From contig URUL01000002.1 in the NCBI GenBank assembly GCA_900551005.1, positions 1-59,942 of the forward strand: a stretch of 59,942 bases of DNA. Direction: 5' to 3'. Origin of the DNA: an uncultured Ruminococcus sp. Its GTDB lineage: Bacteria; Bacillota; Clostridia; Oscillospirales; CAG-272. Of this stretch, positions 37,775 to 47,378 are shown piece by piece (position 1 is the first letter of the stretch; each line of letters begins with the position of its first letter). The notes beneath the pieces are model-generated. The model saw only the letters and a list, made by a program, of their open reading frames with translations. It searched no databases and was not told the DNA's origin. Made by a program: the position numbers and the translations under genes.

Positions 37775-38869
37775 ATGCTTGAAAAATTAAAGGAAATAGA
37801 AGAAAAGTTTATAGGTATAGAGGCGGAGCTTGCAAAATCCGACGTCATCTCCGATAAAGACAAATTCCGCGCCCTCATGAAGGAGCATAAGACGCTTCTG
37901 CCTATCGTGGAAAAATACAGGGAATACTGTGCCGAAAAGAAAAACGAAGAAGAGGCAGAGGAGATCATTGCCGAAACACATGATGCCGAGCTTAAGAAGA
38001 TGGCACAGGAGGAGAGAGCGGCTTCAAAGGAAAAATGCAAGGTTTTCCTCGATGAATTGCAGATGCTTCTGCTCCCGCATGATCCGAACGACGATAAAAA
38101 CGTCATTATCGAGATACGCGGCGGTGCGGGCGGCGACGAGGCGGCGCTTTTCGCCTATAATCTGTACCGAATGTATACGATGTACGCCGCATCCGTCGGC
38201 TGGAAAACAGAGATAATAGAGCAAAACGAGACAGAGCTCGGCGGTTTCAAGGAGGTTTCCTTCCTTGTGGAGGGCGAAGGTGCTTATTCAAAGCTGAAAT
38301 TTGAAAGCGGAGTCCATCGCGTTCAGCGCGTGCCCGAAACAGAGGCAAGCGGAAGAATACACACCTCCACCGTTACCGTTGCTGTGCTTCCCGAGGCAGA
38401 AGATATAGAAATCGAGATAAATCCCGCAGATATAAAACTGGAATCATGCAAGAGCAGCGGTGCCGGCGGTCAGCACGTCAATAAAACCGAGAGCGCCGTC
38501 CGTCTGACGCACAAGCCGACAGGCATTGTCATCGAATGCCAGGAGGAGCGCAGTCAGTTCAAGAACAGAGACAAAGCCATGAAGCTCCTGCGCACGCGAC
38601 TTTACGATATGGAGCGCACGAAGAGGGACAGTGAGCTTGCCTGTGCGCGCAAAAGTCAGGTCGGCACGGGTGACAGGAGCGAAAGGATACGCACATACAA
38701 CTATCCTCAGGGGCGTATCACCGACCATAGAATAGGACTCACTGTATATAATTTCGAAAATTTTCTTGCGGGAGATATAGGCGGTATGATAAATGCGCTG
38801 ATAGCCGCAGATACTGCCGAGAAGCTGAAAGGCGCAAACAATGAAAACAGAGACAGTAAAAATAAATGA
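37775..38869 (+). CDS. prfA: peptide chain release factor 1
   Basis: 364 aa. GGQ motif (SSGAGGQHVNKTESAVRLTH) and the RF1-type PxT tripeptide region (RVPETEASGRIHTST). RBS GAAGGAG. Confidence 0.95.
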   Translation: MLEKLKEIEEKFIGIEAELAKSDVISDKDKFRALMKEHKTLLPIVEKYREYCAEKKNEEEAEEIIAETHDAELKKMAQEERAASKEKCKVFLDELQMLLLPHDPNDDKNVIIEIRGGAGGDEAALFAYNLYRMYTMYAASVGWKTEIIEQNETELGGFKEVSFLVEGEGAYSKLKFESGVHRVQRVPETEASGRIHTSTVTVAVLPEAEDIEIEINPADIKLESCKSSGAGGQHVNKTESAVRLTHKPTGIVIECQEERSQFKNRDKAMKLLRTRLYDMERTKRDSELACARKSQVGTGDRSERIRTYNYPQGRITDHRIGLTVYNFENFLAGDIGGMINALIAADTAEKLKGANNENRDSKNK

Positions 38870-39893
38870 GGAATTGCCGCTTGAGAAGCAGCTTTGCCAT
38901 GCCGTGGAGATCATACGCGGCGGAGGGCTGGTGGCTTTCCCTACGGAAACGGTATACGGACTCGGCGCAAACGGTCTCGATTCTGCCGCCTCAAGCAAGA
39001 TATACGCGGCAAAGGGCAGACCGAGCGACAATCCTTTGATACTTCATATAGACGAGCCGACAAAGGCGGAAGAATATGCGTATACCTGCGAGGCATATTA
39101 TGCATTGGCAAGAAGATTCATGCCGGGCCCGCTTACGGTAATCATGCCAAAGCGCGGTATCGTCCCGAAAACGACGACAGGCGGGCTGGAAACCGTTGCG
39201 CTGCGATGCCCCGAAAACAGAATAGCAAGAGAGCTGATACGCCTCTGCGATCTGCCGATAGCCGCACCGAGCGCCAATATTTCCGGAAAGCCCAGCCCAA
39301 CTTGTGCTGCGCATGTGCTCCATGATATGGATGGGCGCATCGATATGGTAATAGACGGCGGCAGCTGTGATATCGGAGTGGAATCGACTATAGTTGAGCT
39401 TTCGGACGGCAAGGCAACTCTGCTTCGCCCCGGTGCGATCACTCTCGGGATGCTTCGGGATGTTATCGGCGATGTGGAGACAGATCCTACGGTCACGCAT
39501 ATTCCCGAGACGGGAATGAGACCGAAGGCTCCCGGTATGAAATACAGGCATTATGCCCCGAGCGCCCCGACCATACTCATATGCGATGATATGACGGCAG
39601 ATTTTGATATGCGCGCCATAAAGTTCCTCTCTGCCAAAAAGCGTGAGGATGAAAAGACGGGCATCCTTTGTTTTGAGGAGTACATTCCCGAGCTTGCAGG
39701 GAAGTACACCATCAGTCTCGGAGAAAAGGAAAATGAAAGCGAGCATGCAAGAAGGCTTTTTGCGGCCCTGCGCACCTTTGATGAGTTGGGCGCAGATCGT
39801 ATATATGCGACGGTCTCAAGCACAGGGGAAGCAGGTCTTGCTTTCTATAACCGCATGCTCAAGGCATCGGGATACAATATAGAAAAGATTTGA
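38841..39893 (+). CDS. tsaC: L-threonylcarbamoyladenylate synthase (Sua5/YwlC type, TsaC domain + Sua5 C-domain)
   Basis: 350 aa. GGLVAFPTETVYGLGAN, SANISGKPS, and a C-terminal Sua5 domain. 29-nt overlap with the prfA end. Confidence 0.9.
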   Translation: MKTETVKINEELPLEKQLCHAVEIIRGGGLVAFPTETVYGLGANGLDSAASSKIYAAKGRPSDNPLILHIDEPTKAEEYAYTCEAYYALARRFMPGPLTVIMPKRGIVPKTTTGGLETVALRCPENRIARELIRLCDLPIAAPSANISGKPSPTCAAHVLHDMDGRIDMVIDGGSCDIGVESTIVELSDGKATLLRPGAITLGMLRDVIGDVETDPTVTHIPETGMRPKAPGMKYRHYAPSAPTILICDDMTADFDMRAIKFLSAKKREDEKTGILCFEEYIPELAGKYTISLGEKENESEHARRLFAALRTFDELGADRIYATVSSTGEAGLAFYNRMLKASGYNIEKI

Positions 39894-39917
39894 TATTTCC
39901 GACAGGGGAGTTTTACT

Positions 39918-40493
39918 ATGATTATCGGAATCACAGGAGGAAGCGGGAGCGGAAAAAGCGTGCTTTCGGCGCTTTTTGCCGCTGATGGCTATTTTGTCAT
40001 AGACTGCGATGCTCTTGTTCATAAGCTGTACGGAGGAAAACAATACATAGACGCGGTATGCGCGGCTTTTCCCGAGGTACGAACAGCCGACGGAATAGAC
40101 CGCAAGAAGCTCGCAAGTATAGTATTTTCAGAGCCCGACGAACTGAAAAAGCTCGACGGTGCCGTTCTGCCGCTGATACGTGCAGCTGTTCTTGCCGAGG
40201 CGGCGGATAAAAAAGGATATCGCGGCGTGATACTCGATGCCCCCACGCTTTTTGAAGCGGGACTGGAAAAGGAATGTGATTTCGTGATAGGCGTTATTGC
40301 CGATAAGAATATCCGCATTTCGAGAATCGTCTCGCGTGACAAGATATCGGAAAGCGAGGCACGCGCGCGCATAACATCGCAGAAAAGCGATGACTTTTAC
40401 CGCGGGCATTGCGATTTTACCGTATGCAATAACGGCGCACAAGAGCTTTGCGAAATTTACGGGGAGCTCAAGAAAAAGATAGGAGGTGTATGA
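39918..40493 (+). CDS. coaE: dephospho-CoA kinase
   Basis: 191 aa. IIGITGGSGSGKS P-loop, VIDCDALVHKLY, typical CoaE length. Confidence 0.92.
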   Translation: MIIGITGGSGSGKSVLSALFAADGYFVIDCDALVHKLYGGKQYIDAVCAAFPEVRTADGIDRKKLASIVFSEPDELKKLDGAVLPLIRAAVLAEAADKKGYRGVILDAPTLFEAGLEKECDFVIGVIADKNIRISRIVSRDKISESEARARITSQKSDDFYRGHCDFTVCNNGAQELCEIYGELKKKIGGV

Positions 40494-41584
40494 TGGCGAA
40501 GAGAAGTCCGTTCTTGCTGTATCTGAGAATAATTCTTCTTGCCGTACTTTTTCTTGCTTTCTTGCTTCTTACCTTTTCGGAGGCAAAACGCAGGGAGAGA
40601 ACGGTCGATTTTGCCGAGGTTTATCCGATAGTGCAAAAATACTCGGAAGAATACGGTATAGAGGAGAATCTGATACTTGCGATGATACGCGCGGCGAGCA
40701 ATTTTGATGCCAATGCGGTCTCGTCATGGGGTGCTATAGGGCTCATGCAGATATCGCCTTCCACATATATGAACGATATACGCGTGCGTCTTAATGCAAA
40801 CGAAGGCGAATCCGCGCTCTATGACCCTGATTTCAATGTTATGTGCGGCGTTTTTTATCTTCGCGTGTGGTTGGATTATTTCAATTCCGCAGAGCTTGCG
40901 CTCGCTGCCTACCATGCAGGTGCCGGTAACGTCAGGGACTGGATACAAAATCCGGAATATGCAGACGGCGGCGTGCTGAAACGGGATAAAATACCCTCTG
41001 CCGGTACAGCGGAATATATCAATAACGTTCTGAGTCACTATGACGAATACAATAAGATATACGGCGAAGCGAAGATAGAACGTAAAGTCAATACAGATGA
41101 AAAACGCTATGTTTCGCGTGAGCTGTGCTTCGAGTTTGCAAAGAAATATGCGAAAATATACGACGTCAATCCTTATCTGGTGATAGCGATAGCTGAGGTC
41201 GAGAGCAGTTTCAATGCAAACGCACTCTCCAAATCAAACGCCATGGGGCTTACGCAGATAAAGCCTGATACATATACTATCGATATCAAGGCGAATCTCT
41301 GCCTTGATGACCCGCCTGAACGTCTGTATGACCCGGAATTTTCTATAAAATGCTGTGCATACTACGTATCATGGATCCAGACGAGGCTGAAAAAAGTCGG
41401 CACGGGCTCGGATATGCAGACGGCGGCGGCATATCACGGCGGTATCAATACCGTACGTGCATGGCTTTCCGCAGACGAATACAGCATGGATGGCGAGCTT
41501 CTTTTTGAAAAGCTGCCGGATGAAGCGACAAAGCGATATGTCGAAAAAATAGAGGCAGCCTACGATTATTGGAAAAATAAATAA
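40490..41584 (+). CDS. membrane-anchored lytic transglycosylase with two SLT domains
   Basis: Start at the ATGATG overlapping the coaE stop (AGGAGG upstream). N-terminal TM helix. SLT motif twice: MIRAASNFDANAVSSWGAIGLMQ and AIAEVESSFNANALSKSNAMGLTQ. Confidence 0.85.
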   Translation: MMAKRSPFLLYLRIILLAVLFLAFLLLTFSEAKRRERTVDFAEVYPIVQKYSEEYGIEENLILAMIRAASNFDANAVSSWGAIGLMQISPSTYMNDIRVRLNANEGESALYDPDFNVMCGVFYLRVWLDYFNSAELALAAYHAGAGNVRDWIQNPEYADGGVLKRDKIPSAGTAEYINNVLSHYDEYNKIYGEAKIERKVNTDEKRYVSRELCFEFAKKYAKIYDVNPYLVIAIAEVESSFNANALSKSNAMGLTQIKPDTYTIDIKANLCLDDPPERLYDPEFSIKCCAYYVSWIQTRLKKVGTGSDMQTAAAYHGGINTVRAWLSADEYSMDGELLFEKLPDEATKRYVEKIEAAYDYWKNK

Positions 41585-41608
41585 TTTACATAAAGAAAGG
41601 GAAAAATC

Positions 41609-43027
41609 ATGGAAGAAACAAATGTAAAAAAAGAGGAAAAATCCGCAGTTGATACTCTGAAAGAAGAGCTTTTTTTCAAGAGCAAGAATGCTTTTGAGGA
41701 GATGAGTGAGGAAGAAACAGAGAAGTGCTACAATTATTCTAAGGGCTATGCCAAATTCCTTGACAACGGCAAAACGGAGCGCGAATGTGTAAAGGAAGCG
41801 GTTGCTTTGCTTGAGGAAAAGGGCTTTGTTCCTTATGAATTCGGCATGAAGGTAAACTCCGGAGATAAATATTATTACAATAACCGCGGAAAGAGTCTTG
41901 CCGCCTTTATTATAGGCAGCGAAAGCCTCGAAAACGGCGTATATATGTCTGCCGCGCATATCGATTCTCCCCGCATCGACCTCAAGCAGCATCCGCTCTA
42001 TGAGGCAGACGGCTTCGGATTTTTCAAGACACATTATTACGGCGGCATCAAAAAATATCAGTGGACGACGATTCCTCTTGCCATTCACGGCGTTGTTGCA
42101 AAGAAGGACGGAAGCGTCGTTGAGGTCATAGTCGGCGAAGAGGAAAGCGATCCTGTTTTCTATATCACAGATCTGCTCCCTCATCTCGCAAGCGGTCAGA
42201 TGGCAAAAACAGGCGGCAATCTCATCGCAGGTGAACAGCTCAACATCCTTATCGGCTCACGTCCCTATTCCGTTAAGACAGGCGAGGCAGTCAAACTGAA
42301 TCTCATGAAGATACTCAATGAGAAGTATGGTATCACCGAAGGCGATTTCATGAGTGCGGAGCTCGAAATGGTTCCTGCCGCCAAGGCAAGAGATATCGGC
42401 TTTGACCGCAGTCTGATCGGTGCTTACGGTCATGACGACAGAGTTTGCGCTTATCCCACGCTCACGGCTCTCATGGAGACGGAAAGTCCGAAGCATACGG
42501 TAATGGGCATACTGGCAGACAAGGAAGAGATCGGCAGCGAAGGCAACAGCGGCATGAAATGCGCCGTTTATTTCGATATCATTGCCGATATCGCAAACAC
42601 GCTCGGTGTTTCCGATGCTGTTGTCAGAAGAAACTCAAAGTGTCTTTCTTCCGATGTCAATGCGGCATATGACCCCAATTTTGCCGAGGTGCACGAGAGA
42701 CGCAATACTTGCTTTGCAAACGGCGGTGTTGTTATCACGAAGTTTACCGGCTCCCGCGGCAAATCCGGTTCAAACGATGCTTCTGCGGAGTTCATGGGCT
42801 TTGTTCGCAGTGTGCTTGACGATGCGGGAATTGTATGGCAGACGTCAGAGCTCGGCAAGGTCGATGCCGGCGGCGGCGGCACTGTAGCCATGTATATCGC
42901 GCAGAAGAATGTTGACGTCGTAGACCTCGGCGTCCCCGTGCTTTCCATGCACGCTCCCTATGAGGTCGTGGCAAAGACCGATGTTTATATGACACACAAG
43001 GCGATTGCCGCATTCTTTGCCAAATAA
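41609..43027 (+). CDS. M18-family aminopeptidase
   Basis: 472 aa. SAAHIDSPRIDLK, YGHDDRVC, ADKEEIGSEG, LSMHAPYE segments match the aminopeptidase I/M18 zinc-peptidase pattern. Confidence 0.85.
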   Translation: MEETNVKKEEKSAVDTLKEELFFKSKNAFEEMSEEETEKCYNYSKGYAKFLDNGKTERECVKEAVALLEEKGFVPYEFGMKVNSGDKYYYNNRGKSLAAFIIGSESLENGVYMSAAHIDSPRIDLKQHPLYEADGFGFFKTHYYGGIKKYQWTTIPLAIHGVVAKKDGSVVEVIVGEEESDPVFYITDLLPHLASGQMAKTGGNLIAGEQLNILIGSRPYSVKTGEAVKLNLMKILNEKYGITEGDFMSAELEMVPAAKARDIGFDRSLIGAYGHDDRVCAYPTLTALMETESPKHTVMGILADKEEIGSEGNSGMKCAVYFDIIADIANTLGVSDAVVRRNSKCLSSDVNAAYDPNFAEVHERRNTCFANGGVVITKFTGSRGKSGSNDASAEFMGFVRSVLDDAGIVWQTSELGKVDAGGGGTVAMYIAQKNVDVVDLGVPVLSMHAPYEVVAKTDVYMTHKAIAAFFAK

Positions 43028-43044
43028 GAGAATAAGAACAAGAA

Positions 43045-43074
43045 ATCCCTGTCCGATTTATTTCGGGCAGGGAT
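43045..43074. terminator. terminator hairpin between convergent genes
   Basis: ATCCCTGTCCGA-TTTATT-TCGGGCAGGGAT, 12-bp stem (one G-U pair). The T-rich flank is on the minus-strand side. Confidence 0.7.
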
Positions 43075-43096
43075 CGTTTATATTGGAAAGAAAACA

Positions 43097-44155
43097 TTAT
43101 TTGCAGAGAAATTCCTTTACTTTTTCGCCGATGGCTTTTGCCATGTAGAAATAGCCCATACCGTTCGGATGACAGGTATCTGCCGTACATTCCTCGCGAA
43201 GCTCGTGGGGGAATATTTCGGATCCGTCAACAAAGCGGACGTTTTTATCGCCCTCAGAGAGCGCACGGTTGTAATTTTCGCGTATCAGACGGCGACGAGC
43301 TTCATTTCCGGCAATATCGGGGGCATAATCGACTTTGGATGCGAATATGATGGGCAAATCGGGATTTGCCACACGAATGCGCTTGTAGGCTGCATAGTGC
43401 GTTTTTTCGAGATATTCGAATGTCGGCGCGTTGTGGTCGTAATCATAGACCAAAACGCTCATATCCAGCTTTGAGATGTAATCTATCATGGCATCCTCGG
43501 CCCTGGCGGCACCCGCAAAGCCGAGATTGATGAAATCGCAATCGAGCATTCTGGAGATCACGGCAGGATATGAGGCACTCGCGGCGGGAGAGCCTACACC
43601 GTGAACGATGGAAGAGCCATAGAATACAACAGGCTTTTTGTACTGATAATCATCGGGAGGAAGCAACTCCGAGCCTTCCCTCAGAGCGATATACAGACGG
43701 TCTATCTTGGCGAAAAGCGGCAGATAGAGCGTGATCTCCTTCATCCCGGACTTGAGACGCACACGTCCCTCGGCAAATCCTGTGCTGCTCCCCTGATATG
43801 TATAGAATACACCGCCGAATTTCTGCATGCCGCCTTCCTTCACATAGAAATTGAAGCCGTATTTTGCGAGCATGGAAGACTGAGGCTGGCAGGATGTCTC
43901 GGCATAGGTTATATTTGCCTGAACAATCAAATAATCCGAGTCTGTTTTGAAGCGGACTCTTGCGCCTGCTGTCATGTCACCGAGGTGTTCAACAGCGGCA
44001 CTTGTATTTTTTGCGACCTCCACCGGAACGCGTCGGTATGGCTCACAGAGTCCGTGTATCGAAAACGGAGCCTTTGCCGCGTCGATATATATCGGATTTC
44101 CTACGGTCATCGACTGTCTTTCCGGCTTGAGACCGATATCTTTTGTTACCGTCAT
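43097..44155 (-). CDS. SGNH/GDSL-family hydrolase (esterase) with N-terminal beta-sandwich-like domain
   Basis: 352 aa. Block I VVFYGSSIVHG, block V DTCHPNGMGY (D-x-x-H). No signal peptide. Confidence 0.8.
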   Translation of the reverse strand: MTVTKDIGLKPERQSMTVGNPIYIDAAKAPFSIHGLCEPYRRVPVEVAKNTSAAVEHLGDMTAGARVRFKTDSDYLIVQANITYAETSCQPQSSMLAKYGFNFYVKEGGMQKFGGVFYTYQGSSTGFAEGRVRLKSGMKEITLYLPLFAKIDRLYIALREGSELLPPDDYQYKKPVVFYGSSIVHGVGSPAASASYPAVISRMLDCDFINLGFAGAARAEDAMIDYISKLDMSVLVYDYDHNAPTFEYLEKTHYAAYKRIRVANPDLPIIFASKVDYAPDIAGNEARRRLIRENYNRALSEGDKNVRFVDGSEIFPHELREECTADTCHPNGMGYFYMAKAIGEKVKEFLCK

Positions 44156-44160
44156 CGTAT

Positions 44161-45516
44161 TTACTCCTCAAAGATTCTGATGCTCTTTATAAGAGGGACA
44201 TCGCGTGAGCCTGTTATATAAATGCGGAGGCTGTCCATCTCCTTATTCACAGGGCATATCTTCTTGTGTCCTATCGTGGTATCGTCAAAGAAATGGCGAA
44301 AAACATTCTTTATGTTTTTCGTGGCAAGCGAGAAGCTCGAAACGCGCTGACCGTGTGCAATCTCTTCGCATAGCTCGATATAAGCGATCTTCTTTTTGCC
44401 GTCAAATATTATTTCATAGAACTTCTGTGTTTCGGATATCCATACTTCCTTCATATTGGATCTTTTACAGAGTTCTTTCTCATCTGAGAATGCGGTTTTT
44501 ATCCAATCGCCGAATTCCTGCAAACGCGCAACATCTTTTTCATCAAATTTTCCGTTCGGCATCGGAGGAATATTCAGATTCAGGCAGGTATTGTTTCCGA
44601 CGGAATTCAGATAGACCTTTTTGAGGTGTTCGAGCGAATGAGCACTCTCGTCAGGATGATAGAACCAGCCGGGACGTATAGAAGTATCTACCTCTGCGGG
44701 AGCAAATACCGGCTTACGCGAATAAATCATGGATTCGAAATCGCCTATTGTATTATATGTATTGAAAATATACTGCAATGTCCCGGGAACAGGAGACGCC
44801 GTCTGCGGTGCCGGCTGAAGTCTGTGACAAAGCTCATACGGAACTACAGCCCATTCCGCATGTCGGCGTGAACCGCTTTCGTTTCCTATCCAGCGTACAT
44901 CGGGACTGTGATCGTTATATATGACGGCATTCGGCTGATATTTGCGGATAAGCTCAAAATATCCGTCGAAATCGTATTCCTGACGCTTGCCGGTTGCCGT
45001 TTCGCCGTTTGCTTCGTCAAACCATACCTCAAAAACTTCTCCGTAACCGGTAAGAAGCTCCATAAGCTGTGCTTTGAAGAAATCGTTGTATTTATCTGTT
45101 CCGTAGTATTCGGAATTTCTGTCCCACGGTGAAAGATAGAAGCCGAACTTGATTCCCGCCTTGCGGCAAGCGTCCGAAAGCTCGCGGACAACATCGCCCC
45201 TACCGTTTTTATAAGGGGAATTTTTTATGGAGTGCTCGGTGGTCTTTGTCTGCCATAGGCAAAAACCGTCTTGATGCTTGGCAGTTATGATGGCACCCTT
45301 GAATCCTGCAGCCTTTATAGCGCGCACCCAGCCTTCACAGTCAAGCTCGACGGGATCGAATATGGCGGGGTCTTCCGTACCGTCGCCCCATTCTTTTCCT
45401 GTGTATGTATTCGGGCTGAAATGAATGAATGCGTACATCTCCATATCAAACCATCGGAGTTGATTTTCCGTAGGACGGACATTCCCCAAAACTTTCTGAT
45501 ATTCTTGTATTTCCAT
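44161..45516 (-). CDS. alpha-L-fucosidase (glycoside hydrolase family 29)
   Basis: 451 aa. GH29 N-terminal pattern (YAFIHFSPNTYTGKEWGDG, AKHQDGFCLWQT, FGFYLSPWD). GGAGGAATAA RBS. No signal peptide. Confidence 0.9.
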   Translation of the reverse strand: MEIQEYQKVLGNVRPTENQLRWFDMEMYAFIHFSPNTYTGKEWGDGTEDPAIFDPVELDCEGWVRAIKAAGFKGAIITAKHQDGFCLWQTKTTEHSIKNSPYKNGRGDVVRELSDACRKAGIKFGFYLSPWDRNSEYYGTDKYNDFFKAQLMELLTGYGEVFEVWFDEANGETATGKRQEYDFDGYFELIRKYQPNAVIYNDHSPDVRWIGNESGSRRHAEWAVVPYELCHRLQPAPQTASPVPGTLQYIFNTYNTIGDFESMIYSRKPVFAPAEVDTSIRPGWFYHPDESAHSLEHLKKVYLNSVGNNTCLNLNIPPMPNGKFDEKDVARLQEFGDWIKTAFSDEKELCKRSNMKEVWISETQKFYEIIFDGKKKIAYIELCEEIAHGQRVSSFSLATKNIKNVFRHFFDDTTIGHKKICPVNKEMDSLRIYITGSRDVPLIKSIRIFEE

Positions 45517-45555
45517 TTATTCCTCCATAGAGCGTTTTGCAAAATATGCGAAATA

Positions 45556-45585
45556 AATATATCATAAAAGCGACGCTCTTGTCAA
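45556..45585 (-). promoter_or_regulatory. sigma-A type promoter for the fucosidase-esterase operon (TTGACA, 18-nt spacer, TATATT on the minus strand)
   Basis: Reverse complement of 45580-45585 is TTGACA and of 45556-45561 is TATATT. The -35 is embedded in the palindrome CTCTTGtCAAGAG (45576-45588). Confidence 0.55.
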
Positions 45586-45673
45586 GAGTTATCGACTTTT
45601 TGAAGTATAAAACTGTTATTATTTTTCAGCTGAGTCTGAGCTGACAGCTCGGTTTTCGCGTATGCCTTGCGTT

Positions 45674-46558
45674 TCAGCGAAATTCTTTATCGTGCTTGCT
45701 GAAAAAGTCACGGTATACACGTACGTTTTCAAGCTCTGTCCAGCGCTTTTCACAAACGGGACGTGCATCGAGATCGTATATTTTGGCGCCGTTCATTGCA
45801 AGGATAAAGGGGCTGTGAGTGGCTACAATAAACTGACAGCCGTAAAAACGCGCCGAATCCTCGATAAACCTTGCAAGCTCCAGCTGATAAGCGGCAGAAA
45901 GACTGTTTTCCGGCTCGTCGAGAAGATAGAGCGCATTTTCCTTTATCTCATTCGTAAAATAGTGAAAAGCGCTTTCTCCGTTGGATTTTTCGGTTACGTT
46001 CTGCGACAGACGGCGCTTTGTGTACTTGTTTTTTGTCGTATGTCTCGCTTCGTTGTGGCGACGAAGCTCATCATACTGTGACAGATCGCGCATAAGAAAA
46101 GCCGGCTCATTCGGGTCGGTCAGCTTTTCGTATTCGTGAAAAATATCATCGCGCCGCTTATCCACGCCGTCATTGATCGCACGCATGTCGAGCAGGAAAT
46201 CAAAGACCTCATCGCTTGTGATGATGCGGCTGCCGCCGGGGAGAAAGCCGCGCGTAAGCCCGTATTTGCAAAAAGAGAGATATTCTTCGAAATACGGGGT
46301 GCGGTTGAAGGGAGCTTTTCGTATAAGACCGAGCTTTTCCGCCACTATATTCAGAAAAGTCGATTTTCCCGAGCCGTTTCCGCCGTAGAATATCGTAATC
46401 GGCGCAAATTCGGCATGAGAAAAATATTTCTCGGGAAAGATCTTAAAAGGATAGACGCAGTCGGCAAAGCAGGTCATCTCAACCTTATAGTTGAAGGAGA
46501 GAACGTATTGCGCCTCATCAAGCTCCGATGCGGGATCGAAAAAATCGAGATACATCAT
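45674..46558 (-). CDS. small ABC-type (AAA_21-like) ATPase without recognisable effector domain
   Basis: 294 aa. Walker A GGNGSGKST, signature-like SNGES, Walker B LYLLDEPENSLS, H-loop ATHSPF. ATGA start/stop overlap with the upstream repressor gene. Confidence 0.8.
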   Translation of the reverse strand: MMYLDFFDPASELDEAQYVLSFNYKVEMTCFADCVYPFKIFPEKYFSHAEFAPITIFYGGNGSGKSTFLNIVAEKLGLIRKAPFNRTPYFEEYLSFCKYGLTRGFLPGGSRIITSDEVFDFLLDMRAINDGVDKRRDDIFHEYEKLTDPNEPAFLMRDLSQYDELRRHNEARHTTKNKYTKRRLSQNVTEKSNGESAFHYFTNEIKENALYLLDEPENSLSAAYQLELARFIEDSARFYGCQFIVATHSPFILAMNGAKIYDLDARPVCEKRWTELENVRVYRDFFSKHDKEFR

Positions 46559-47307
46559 TTTTTCAGCTTTCCTATGACCTTGCCGAAGCAGGTAATGCTT
46601 ACTGCGGTATCGAGGGGAATGTCGCTGTAATCAGGATTGAGGGAAATGAGCCTGTTTCCGCCGTACTGCTTGAAGTAGCTTTCACCGTCTACGGAAAAAA
46701 TGCCGAGCTCGCCTATCTCTATATTCTTTCGGTCGGAAACGAGCAGAATGTCACCGTCGCTGTATTTCGGCGCCATACTGTTTCCACGCACTTTTATTGC
46801 AAAATCCGCGGCATCTGTTGTCGGATTGCTGTATACAGAGATATTTGTATAATCGCTGTCTTCCAGATAAGAGCCGGTGCCGGCAGAGGCAGCTGTGGAA
46901 TACAGACGGAGTGTGCGTATCTTGCGCGCGGCTTCCGTCACGTCCGCGTTTTTCTGCGGTTCGTATTCACGCTTTGCCGCGGCTTCTTTTGCCTTTTTCA
47001 AACGGCTGTATTCCTTATTTATAATATAGTCGGCAGTTTCCTTGCCGCTTGCATCGAGCTCGGAATATTTACGCATGATATCGGGAAGAGAAGAGATGTC
47101 ACCGTAAGAAGCCGTACCGAGAAGCTCATCCATGGAGCACGAAAAAGCATTCGAAAGTGCCGTGAGGGTAGAGAGCTTTGGATCGGTCGTGGCGCCGGAA
47201 AGCAATTTATTGAGAGTTCCCAGCGATATCCCGGAAAGCTCGGAGAGGCGCTCATTTGTGAGCTTCTTATCCTTTTTTATTTTCTTGATACATTCAAGCC
47301 ATTCCAT
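46555..47307 (-). CDS. XRE-HTH + S24 peptidase autocleavable repressor (HdiR / phage CI-like)
   Basis: 250 aa. N-terminal HTH (LTNERLSELSGISLGTLNKLLSG), candidate Ala-Gly cleavage site (AASAGTG), S24 catalytic Ser (VRGNSMAP) and Lys (SYFKQYGG). AGGAGG RBS. Confidence 0.88.
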   Translation of the reverse strand: MEWLECIKKIKKDKKLTNERLSELSGISLGTLNKLLSGATTDPKLSTLTALSNAFSCSMDELLGTASYGDISSLPDIMRKYSELDASGKETADYIINKEYSRLKKAKEAAAKREYEPQKNADVTEAARKIRTLRLYSTAASAGTGSYLEDSDYTNISVYSNPTTDAADFAIKVRGNSMAPKYSDGDILLVSDRKNIEIGELGIFSVDGESYFKQYGGNRLISLNPDYSDIPLDTAVSITCFGKVIGKLKK

Positions 47308-47378
47308 ATTAAAACCTCCTGTTTCTGTAAAAGAGAAATATTCCGCCGAGTTATTTCATATTATATTATTACGATTAT

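Noticed and set aside
45617-45660. CAGCTG-rich imperfect palindromes downstream of the ATPase gene as a terminator
   Set aside because: The stems are short or have 1-nt loops, and no T-run follows on the minus strand. An intrinsic terminator cannot be supported.
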